From a phage: DNA of 64,000 nt. The DNA lies in assembly GCA_004257845.1 (NCBI GenBank), contig GCA_004257845.1_4800.1; one strand, written 5' to 3'. Positions within the stretch are counted from its first letter, which is position 1; the number at the start of each line of letters is the position of its first letter. Under the pieces are notes generated by a model. It did not search any database. It was given only the letters and a program-made list of their open reading frames with translations, and was not told the DNA's origin. A program made the position numbers and the translations under genes. Positions 57,355 through 64,000 of this stretch are shown here, piece after piece.

Positions 57355-57645
57355 ATGATTACTTTAGCCGCTATCCGTTCCGCTCGCGTCGAGACTTCCG
57401 AAAACTCTAACGTATTTGGCGAAACCTTAGAGAGCGTTTATCTCTCTAACGTAGACGCAACTATCGAATCTATTTATGAGCCGATCAACTTCCTCGACCT
57501 TTACAAGTATCGCGATGAGGACATCGTATCTTGCCGCGTAACCATCAACGGCTTCGTCTATACGATTACCGAAATCGGCGGCGAATATCTCGCGGTCCCG
57601 CAACTCGGCGGCGAAGTAACTTTCTTTAAAATCGTAAGCCTGTAA
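57355..57645 (+). CDS. hypothetical small protein, paralog B
   Basis: 96 aa; similar to product of 56437-56721 but on the opposite strand; RBS AGGAGA. Confidence 0.45.
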   Translation: MITLAAIRSARVETSENSNVFGETLESVYLSNVDATIESIYEPINFLDLYKYRDEDIVSCRVTINGFVYTITEIGGEYLAVPQLGGEVTFFKIVSL

Positions 57646-57656
57646 GGAGAAGGAAG

Positions 57657-57866
57657 ATGACTAATATGAATAATTCTCTTAACGCGCGCGCCCATCGTAC
57701 CGCCGTAATCGATATGTTCCGCGAGCTTAAGGAATTATGCGATAATATGAACGCGATGTTATCCATCGGCGGCTGGGGATACGAAGAAGAGGTTAAATAC
57801 GCGGTTATGCGTCGCCGTCGCGATAACGTCCTTGGGCAAATTAAACGCGCCGGATTATTCCTTTAA
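57657..57866 (+). CDS. hypothetical small basic protein
   Basis: ORF preceded by GGAGAAGGAAG. Confidence 0.4.
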   Translation: MTNMNNSLNARAHRTAVIDMFRELKELCDNMNAMLSIGGWGYEEEVKYAVMRRRRDNVLGQIKRAGLFL

Positions 57867-57892
57867 TTATAATTACCAACAGTTACTAATAG

Positions 57893-57914
57893 GCCGCGCT
57901 TAGTCGCGGCTTTT
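57893..57914 (+). terminator. rho-independent terminator
   Basis: GCCGCG (57893-57898), loop CTTAGT, CGCGGC (57905-57910), then TTTTCTT. Confidence 0.6.
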
Positions 57915-58036
57915 CTTCGCCCCTATCTCGATGCGCTTCTCCGCGAAAACTCCTTTATCCTTCCCTTCGTCGTCGCATAATCTTCGTCGAGATGCTCCTT
58001 AGTTCGTATAACGGGTATTACGTTAAATGGAGAACA

Positions 58037-58110
58037 TCGCGTAAGTCCTTGTTTTATATAGACACCTATATCGGACCGTTAGGGCGGGTCGCGTAAGTCG
58101 TTGTTTTATA
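58037..58110 (+). repeat. 22-bp direct repeat pair TCGCGTAAGTC(C/G)TTGTTTTATA
   Basis: Copies at 58037-58058 and 58089-58110, one mismatch, in a non-coding CpG-rich stretch. Confidence 0.6.
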
Positions 58111-58386
58111 AAGGCGCAAAACTTTCCCTTCGTTCCGAACTAAAACGAGGAATATGCCGACCCTTCGTCCGAAAATAGTACGCATGCGAAATTACATGCA
58201 TCTCGAATAATTCCCACCGATATTATCCTACAAGCAATCATTCTCTTTCGAATCATTATGCTTCATATTATTATGCGTCGAATCATTCGCTTTCGAATTG
58301 TAACGCTGGAAACTGTAACGGCGATTGATTATTGCGTTCGTGTGGTTTTTAGGGCATGGGTCTTTTGGTGCGTTTTGGTACTTGAT

Positions 58387-58500
58387 GAAATTTGCAGTAC
58401 ACTAATCAAAATACGACACATTTGGTCCACTAACTTTTCAAAGAAAAAGTCCTGGACAGTACCGTACTATTTTGTACCCACAGGAAATTTGCAGTACACT
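58387..58500 (+). repeat. two exact 17-bp copies GAAATTTGCAGTACACT
   Basis: 58387-58403 and 58484-58500; share AATTTGCA core with the upstream motif array. Confidence 0.6.
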
Positions 58501-58571
58501 CCTGCGCGCCAGGCAAAATAAAGGGCCGCACTAAGCGACCCACGATTCACGGTTAAGGCAACATCCACCCA

Positions 58572-59018
58572 CTATTCACTCTTATGGGCATCACCAAAGC
58601 CATCCGCAATCTGGCTGATCAACGACTCAATGGACACAGTCTTACCAATTGATCGAGCGGTTATGGCGAGCATATTATCAATCAAACCGTGATTAACACA
58701 ACACTCTGGAGATTTAGAGTCATCTTCAGAACAACCAAAAAGCTGGTCGCGCAGACTTTCAAGAGAACGCTCAATATTTTCCAACTTCTCTTCTAAATCG
58801 GATTGGCGACGTAAAACCCATGTCAAGTCACGGTTGCCAACTTCCAATCCATCAGAATAGCAAGGTGGAGCGTCAATTTTGATACTGGAGCCAAAAGCGG
58901 TGCCGCTGCCTTTAGTATATGTGTGGCTCATAGAATCATTTTTATTTGACATATCATTACCTTTAATATTTGGGTGATTAACAATAACTATAATAAAGCC
59001 GCATAGCGCGGCATTCAA
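58572..59018 (-). CDS. hypothetical protein
   Basis: ORF; true start may be an internal Met. Confidence 0.35.
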   Translation of the reverse strand: MNAALCGFIIVIVNHPNIKGNDMSNKNDSMSHTYTKGSGTAFGSSIKIDAPPCYSDGLEVGNRDLTWVLRRQSDLEEKLENIERSLESLRDQLFGCSEDDSKSPECCVNHGLIDNMLAITARSIGKTVSIESLISQIADGFGDAHKSE

Positions 59019-59027
59019 ATCGATTTA

Positions 59028-59276
59028 TTAATTGTGACGATTGGATTCATCAATCGATACCAATTGTGCAGGGTCGCCGGATACCGTTGCGCCGATGATT
59101 CCCATCTGAGAGAAAAATTCTGAATAAACTTCTTTCCAGTACTTGCGCGCAGCTTTCTGGGCCTGCCCTTTGCGCTTGTAACTTTTTCCTTGAAAGATGA
59201 AGCGGTCTTTTGGAGCGTGATACTCCACCACACCTTCCAGCCATTGTAAGAATGCTACTGATTCATTTTGATTCAT
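59028..59276 (-). CDS. hypothetical protein
   Basis: ORF. Confidence 0.35.
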   Translation of the reverse strand: MNQNESVAFLQWLEGVVEYHAPKDRFIFQGKSYKRKGQAQKAARKYWKEVYSEFFSQMGIIGATVSGDPAQLVSIDESNRHN

Positions 59277-59283
59277 ATAATCC

Positions 59284-59679
59284 TCAATATTTTAATAAGA
59301 AAGCACCCAACCAGCTTTCCTCAATCTCGCGGCCAGTGGCCAAACGGTCGGTCTTGGCTATGGGTCTGGATTCGCCGCAGGGCAATCCGTCCTGTAGATG
59401 TGTACTATTGCCAATTCTCACCATGACCTTTCCATCAGGGTCGATATAAGCGCGACAACCCATAATTTCGAGTCGTTGTAGACACTGGCGAATCATTTTC
59501 AGCTTCTCACCTGACCGGATAGAGCGCGGTCGCGACCGCTGACCGTTCTTATTCACTGTACGCTTGAAAACCGGAATATCATTGGTGCGTTGCGGCTTGG
59601 GTCGGTAATAAGCCTCTTCGCCAGGAGTTGCACCTGGTGTCAGTTCGCGCTTGAGCGCCTTTTCAATATCAATGATCAT
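59284..59679 (-). CDS. hypothetical basic protein
   Basis: ORF. Confidence 0.4.
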   Translation of the reverse strand: MIIDIEKALKRELTPGATPGEEAYYRPKPQRTNDIPVFKRTVNKNGQRSRPRSIRSGEKLKMIRQCLQRLEIMGCRAYIDPDGKVMVRIGNSTHLQDGLPCGESRPIAKTDRLATGREIEESWLGAFLLKY

Positions 59680-59773
59680 AATTTATGCCGCAGCAGCATG
59701 GATGATTGCGTAAACAATTCCAAACAGGGCGACAACACAAACAGTGCCCCAAAATGCAAAGCGCCGTGCCTCT

Positions 59774-59980
59774 TTATCCATTGTCCACCGCCCCAATATC
59801 AGTTAAGAACTCGTGCAACGCACCTTTCTTATTGAGCTTTTGCATCGTTTTGATATCATCAAGTGATATACTTTGATCGCTTTGCTGTTTATCGATGCAA
59901 ACGAGACTGCCTTTGGCCTTGATGGTCATGCCTTTGGCTTCGATACTTTTTACAAAATCGGACAACACTTTAATTTCCAT
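59774..59980 (-). CDS. hypothetical protein
   Basis: ORF; overlaps upstream gene end. Confidence 0.35.
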   Translation of the reverse strand: MEIKVLSDFVKSIEAKGMTIKAKGSLVCIDKQQSDQSISLDDIKTMQKLNKKGALHEFLTDIGAVDNG

Positions 59981-60272
59981 TAGAGCCTTCTCCGCTGTTA
60001 ATGTTGTCCAGAATCAAGGTTGGAATTTCATCTTGAGTCCTGACTTTGTAATGCGAAGGCATTTTGCTTTCTAACAATGCCTGTTCAGCTTCTCCCTTTG
60101 TTTCAAAGAGCGGGATGCACCAATCAACTGCATTGCCGTGTTCATCACCCTTGACGGCCTTCAAAAAGACAAGACGCTTGTCCGCAGGGTCGATGCCGCA
60201 AATTAAGTATTTTGGAAGAGCCTTTGCTTTCTGAGCTTTATCAATATCTTCAAATTTCATAAAACACCTCAC
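59970..60272 (-). CDS. hypothetical protein
   Basis: ORF immediately downstream (minus strand) of fibre gene. Confidence 0.4.
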   Translation of the reverse strand: MRCFMKFEDIDKAQKAKALPKYLICGIDPADKRLVFLKAVKGDEHGNAVDWCIPLFETKGEAEQALLESKMPSHYKVRTQDEIPTLILDNINSGEGSNGN

Positions 60273-60314
60273 TTGTTAACGTATAATGAGTATAACTTAA
60301 TAGCGCATAAAGTA

Positions 60315-60334
60315 AAGGCGCTTTTCAGCGCCTT
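60315..60334 (-). terminator. stem-loop downstream of fibre gene (possible terminator)
   Basis: AAGGCGC / GCGCCTT stem with 6-nt loop, 8 nt beyond stop at 60342. Confidence 0.45.
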
Positions 60335-60341
60335 GAGTGAA

Positions 60342-62690
60342 TTATTTCGCTGCTTTCAGCGCGGCTATCTCTGCCTTGAGTTCATCAATCTGATCCATCA
60401 ATGCGAGAATAGCCTCGTGGTGCAATGCCGCTGCAACACCTGGAGTGTTTACTGACTTTACGTCGTCCAGAATTGAACCATCGCGCAGGGTGACTGGTGA
60501 AGACTTCGTTTCTGATACTGCTTCAGGAAAATCTTTCTCTACGTCCTGCGCGATGAATCCGTATCCTATTGAGCCATTGGTTTCCAGAACCCATGTGACT
60601 CCTTTGATGTTTCTCATCTTGGATAGTGGATTACTGATACGCTCAATGTTGCTTTTAATTCTTTCGTCAGATGTGTTTCGCCATTCTTGGCATCTTGCTA
60701 TACCATCAGCACCAAATAAATAAGATGCGCTGCTTCCAGTGCCACTTAAAATGTTAAGTTGCGCGCGGTCCAATGCTGTCGTGCCACTTCTGACCCCTCC
60801 GAGCATCCAAGTTCCATCGTACCAGTCGCCGCCAACAGAGTTAATATAGCCTCCTTCTGGTACATTCGCGTAGTTGATCATCCTGATGGCATTTCTTTCT
60901 GAAGCCGCTACCCCAACTGAGTTTAACGGTTGTGCAACGACATCCTTGGGTCTGACGTATGCATCAATATGTAATGCGCCATCAGGTCTTAGTGTGCCAA
61001 TTTGAGTCTCTGCGCCTGGAAAGTACAAAGTCCCAGCTTGGTTGAATGACCATTCTTGCACCCCATTAGATATCACAGCACCTTGTTCAGACGTTAATCC
61101 ATCAATCTTACCGTATGCTTGCAAGAATGCTTGATACGCAATGTTGGTGCCAATTTTATATTCAGATTTTACACTGCCGCCTCTGACAAACGTTCCGGTT
61201 GCAGGTTTTACTGCGTCACCATTAATAACGCTCCAAGTCGTATTCGCAGCAACGAACCCACCAGATGCACGGATTACCCAGACGCCGACAAAACTTGCGG
61301 GAAGCACTTCGTTGTTGGCACCACCATAAATGTTGTTGTATTTGTTGGCGTCAAAAACAGCTTCGCCATAGGACGTTGCACCTGTGGAAATAGCCCTTGT
61401 CTGATACCTTGTTTGTGGGTTTGCAGGACTAAACACCCCAGATGCCCCAGACATTGCTGTCGCGCCCGATCCACCTGTATCAGTTCCGTGAAAGGTGACT
61501 GTACCTATAATGTTTGGCAATCCAGGCTTGGTGATTCTTCCGTCAGTATTACTAAGCCCTTTGTCTCCGCGCGCGAACAAGCCTGCAACAGAACCAGTCT
61601 GCACGCCATTTCTGTCAGGTACACGGAATGTGGTTGATCCATCACCAAGGGAGTATTTGCCTCGTTGAGAATAATCAGCAAGCCAGTCTGCATCGGCGAT
61701 AGGTGACAGCATTTGCGCATACGCCCAAAGCTCAGGCCAGTCAGCACGGTTGAGTAATTGACCATCAGCAACAACTTCATACGGCTGAATATAGGCGCGA
61801 CTATCTCGTAAGTGAAAGTCACCAACGCCATAGTTCATTACGCCGTTCATGCTTGGGCCAACGGTGCCAGTATTTACTAAGTTCTCAACCCAACACTTCG
61901 TCGCGGCATCATAATCATTAACAGGGTCGCCAGCCAGTGGTGTTGGGCCTTGTGGACGAATATTCAACCATGCTTGCGCATTGTCTGCTGATCCGGTGCC
62001 GCCCATGGAAGTTGGAACGATGCTTTGATCAGCAACAGGGCCAAATCCAAAGGCATCTTTCATTCCCTGAATAGTCGTTTGTCCTGTGCCGCCGTTGGAT
62101 ACTGGGATGACAGTTCCAGCATTATATAATTGCGCCCATGGGCTCCAAACTCCATCTACCGCGTTATAAGTCCTTTGGTGTGTAATGTTTTCGTAGTACG
62201 TTGAGTATCTTTGAACGCAACTTTCTATTGATGGTCCAGTTTTTAGGACTTCAAGGACTCCTGCTTGCGCCACTGGGTAATTAAGAGCAAGTTGAGCACT
62301 AGCATTAAAGTCTTGGAAATACTGCCCAAACCAAGAGCCTGTCAGCAAGTTCAGATTTATCCCAGAAGGAAGCACTCCGTAATTCCTTACAGTTCCTGTC
62401 AATGTTGCGGCAGTAGTTCGAATGGAAAGCATGTCACCAGCAGCCCATGCACGCGCTGCAGTCCCTTCCTGTGCACGCTGAACGGTCAGGACATCACCAA
62501 CGACGGCTGTTACTGTGATGATTTCGAATTGGAGGCCTGTTGCAGCGTCTACGATTGTCGCCACTACACGCTCGTTTGCAGCCAAGGTCGGAAAGCCCGA
62601 CCCTGAGCGGATTGTGATTGTGGTGTCTGAAGTCGTCGTTGGCTGAGCGAGCGCGACCTCAAAGTTGTTTTTGAATATTAGCCTTGGCAT
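60342..62690 (-). CDS. tail fibre/tailspike protein with C-terminal intramolecular chaperone (peptidase S74-like) domain
   Basis: C-terminal SDERIKSNIERISNPLSKMRNIKGVTWVLETNGSIGYGFIAQDVEKDFPEAV...coiled coil matches the auto-cleaving chaperone domain of phage fibres/endosialidases; Gly/Thr/Ser-rich body. Confidence 0.65.
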   Translation of the reverse strand: MPRLIFKNNFEVALAQPTTTSDTTITIRSGSGFPTLAANERVVATIVDAATGLQFEIITVTAVVGDVLTVQRAQEGTAARAWAAGDMLSIRTTAATLTGTVRNYGVLPSGINLNLLTGSWFGQYFQDFNASAQLALNYPVAQAGVLEVLKTGPSIESCVQRYSTYYENITHQRTYNAVDGVWSPWAQLYNAGTVIPVSNGGTGQTTIQGMKDAFGFGPVADQSIVPTSMGGTGSADNAQAWLNIRPQGPTPLAGDPVNDYDAATKCWVENLVNTGTVGPSMNGVMNYGVGDFHLRDSRAYIQPYEVVADGQLLNRADWPELWAYAQMLSPIADADWLADYSQRGKYSLGDGSTTFRVPDRNGVQTGSVAGLFARGDKGLSNTDGRITKPGLPNIIGTVTFHGTDTGGSGATAMSGASGVFSPANPQTRYQTRAISTGATSYGEAVFDANKYNNIYGGANNEVLPASFVGVWVIRASGGFVAANTTWSVINGDAVKPATGTFVRGGSVKSEYKIGTNIAYQAFLQAYGKIDGLTSEQGAVISNGVQEWSFNQAGTLYFPGAETQIGTLRPDGALHIDAYVRPKDVVAQPLNSVGVAASERNAIRMINYANVPEGGYINSVGGDWYDGTWMLGGVRSGTTALDRAQLNILSGTGSSASYLFGADGIARCQEWRNTSDERIKSNIERISNPLSKMRNIKGVTWVLETNGSIGYGFIAQDVEKDFPEAVSETKSSPVTLRDGSILDDVKSVNTPGVAAALHHEAILALMDQIDELKAEIAALKAAK

Positions 62691-62728
62691 TTTACGGTCC
62701 TCGTTTTGTCGACAACCGTATTATAACC

Positions 62729-63070
62729 TTAATTTCTTTTGAGAGGAATATGACGGTTGTTGTCATTATTTGGTTTAATAATGAGCATAAAAACGATTAG
62801 AAAGATGATGGCTGATATACTTAATTCAATCAGCGCGGCTTGAGATATAGATTGATCTTCATGATACTGCTTTTGCATTTCTGCTTTCTTCTGAGCGCAA
62901 ACTTCAGGCGATATATAATCACCTTTTGAGTTGCCATAATAAATTTCGCCGTTTTCAGAAATCAGCCTGCCGCAAATATCCGTTTCAGCCTTTGCACTTG
63001 ACATCATAATAACGGTGCCGATGATAGCGGCGATAGTCCAGATTAGCAGTTGTGATAAAGTGTTGTTCAT
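62729..63070 (-). CDS. membrane protein with signal peptide and C-terminal transmembrane segment
   Basis: Start at internal Met (MNNTLSQLLIWTIAAIIGTVIMMSSAKA) preceded by AGAGG; C-terminal ISAIIFLIVFMLII. Confidence 0.4.
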   Translation of the reverse strand: MNNTLSQLLIWTIAAIIGTVIMMSSAKAETDICGRLISENGEIYYGNSKGDYISPEVCAQKKAEMQKQYHEDQSISQAALIELSISAIIFLIVFMLIIKPNNDNNRHIPLKRN

Positions 63071-63266
63071 GATAACCTCTTTAAATTCCCTTCCCATTTC
63101 GGGAAGGGCGATGATTATTTTACGCGAAAGAATAGGCGCGTGCCACACAGCGAGTCCCAACGGCCTTCGCCATCCCATACCGACACAACGCCAGCGGTGA
63201 TGACACCAGCAGAATTGGCGGCATTGGCCCAGGCAAGACGTTTCAACTTCCAACTGCACCAACGAT

Positions 63267-63518
63267 TCACAGTTCGTCTCCAGATTGCAAAATAAGACCT
63301 GTATAGAGGATTGCCAGAGCTAAAGGCGCACCGCTTCCAGCCTCTCTATTCTCTTTAATTTGAAGCGTGTCCTTAAGGAATTGCAATTGAACGTTAAATT
63401 CATTTTCAATCCCAAGCACCACGGCCAATTCTTTTACAGAATCTGCATATGCCTTATCTAGCACTTCTTTTGGTACTTTTAAAGTTAATTCACTTGCCAT
63501 TTTCTTTCCACTCCACAA
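63267..63518 (-). CDS. hypothetical protein
   Basis: ORF. Confidence 0.35.
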   Translation of the reverse strand: MWSGKKMASELTLKVPKEVLDKAYADSVKELAVVLGIENEFNVQLQFLKDTLQIKENREAGSGAPLALAILYTGLILQSGDEL

Positions 63519-63711
63519 ATGTGCTGCCGATTGTTTCTCTGTTTAGCAGGTATCTGCCGCGCATTCCATGAAGGCTAAACTCAACCGTCGATGGATTAGA
63601 TTTTGAAAGCCACATCGCTTGACCGTCGAATGGACCGCCTACGCATGTATATTTCGCTTTTGGCTCACTCCTTTTGGGACGTTTTGCCCGCTCTTTGATT
63701 GATAGTCTCAT
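63490..63711 (-). CDS. hypothetical protein
   Basis: ORF overlapping neighbours. Confidence 0.3.
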   Translation of the reverse strand: MRLSIKERAKRPKRSEPKAKYTCVGGPFDGQAMWLSKSNPSTVEFSLHGMRGRYLLNRETIGSTFVEWKENGK

Positions 63712-63926
63712 CAGTCTTCACCTTGAGATTCCAGACAAGTAAGGACAAGCCACGTCATCGGAAGAATCAAAACCAGAGAAATGAGGGACCAGATAGACCA
63801 GCACAAGATGACAGACTTGAATGTGTGAACGTCGCCAAACGCAGCAGTAAAACAGAATCCCATAACAAATGCAATAGCGGTGGAATGGTTGTCTATGGCT
63901 TTGATGGCACGGTCGATGAGTTTCAT
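63711..63926 (-). CDS. small two-transmembrane protein (holin-like topology)
   Basis: 71 aa with two hydrophobic segments AIAFVMGFCFTAAF and ILCWSIWSLISLVLILPMTWLVL and a charged C-terminus. Confidence 0.35.
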   Translation of the reverse strand: MKLIDRAIKAIDNHSTAIAFVMGFCFTAAFGDVHTFKSVILCWSIWSLISLVLILPMTWLVLTCLESQGED

Positions 63927-64000
63927 ATTACCTCCGGTTTTGAGTTAATATGATTATAACGCAGAGTCTCAGAAAGGCAAACTTTTTGTGAATTTTAATC

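Noticed and set aside
58258-58521. 87-aa plus-strand ORF in the repeat-rich non-coding stretch
   Set aside because: Built from short DNA repeats (CGAATCATT, GAAATTTGCAGTACACT), no ribosome-binding site, implausible Arg/Ile-rich translation.
1-64000. Integrated prophage or mobile element with boundaries in this window
   Set aside because: No integrase, recombinase, transposase, att-like direct repeats next to tRNA, or host housekeeping genes were seen; every module is phage-like, so the window appears internal to a phage genome.
1-64000. tRNA or other structured RNA genes
   Set aside because: Scanning the larger intergenic regions (1727-2289, 53987-54812, 55302-55729, 57867-58571) I found no cloverleaf-compatible sequence with a GTTCGAATC-type T-loop; a tRNAscan run would be needed to be sure.

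Overview
The window reads as a large, contiguous segment of a tailed dsDNA bacteriophage genome (contractile-tail-like), not a bacterial chromosome: I saw no tRNA, rRNA, CRISPR array, integrase or IS element. All calls rest on reading the sequence and ORF track by eye (motif recognition, gene order, hairpins); no database search or computation was run, so functional names are family-level hypotheses. Layout: (1) 1-23.8 kb, + strand: virion morphogenesis (5'-truncated MuF-like head protein, scaffold/protease-like, major capsid, neck, sheath/tube-like, tape measure with lytic transglycosylase domain, baseplate, His-rich tail fibre) and a GH19-type endolysin. (2) 23.9-41.5 kb, - strand: DNA metabolism (ligase-like, MazG-like, gp2.5-like SSB, SNF2 helicase, VRR-NUC, DnaE-type polymerase, DnaQ-like exonuclease, RecD/Dda-like helicase) enclosing an unusual metabolic cluster (VOC-like, SDR, HAD, ThyX-like with RTR instead of RHR, FAD-binding protein). 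(3) 41.6-54.0 kb, + strand: early genes (AEP/prim-pol-like, P-loop NTPase, many small ORFs with shuffled modules). (4) 54.0-58.5 kb: a regulatory/accessory zone with an iteron-like region, a same-orientation array of the 12-bp motif AATTTGCACTAT that overlaps coding sequence, and a CpG-rich compositional island with inverted paralogous small genes. (5) 58.5-64 kb, - strand: a second tail fibre with a C-terminal chaperone-like domain and small membrane proteins. Most promising leads for something undescribed: the CpG-rich island with its motif array, the two paralogous iteron/AT-rich regions about 52.4 kb apart, and the ThyX-variant cluster.
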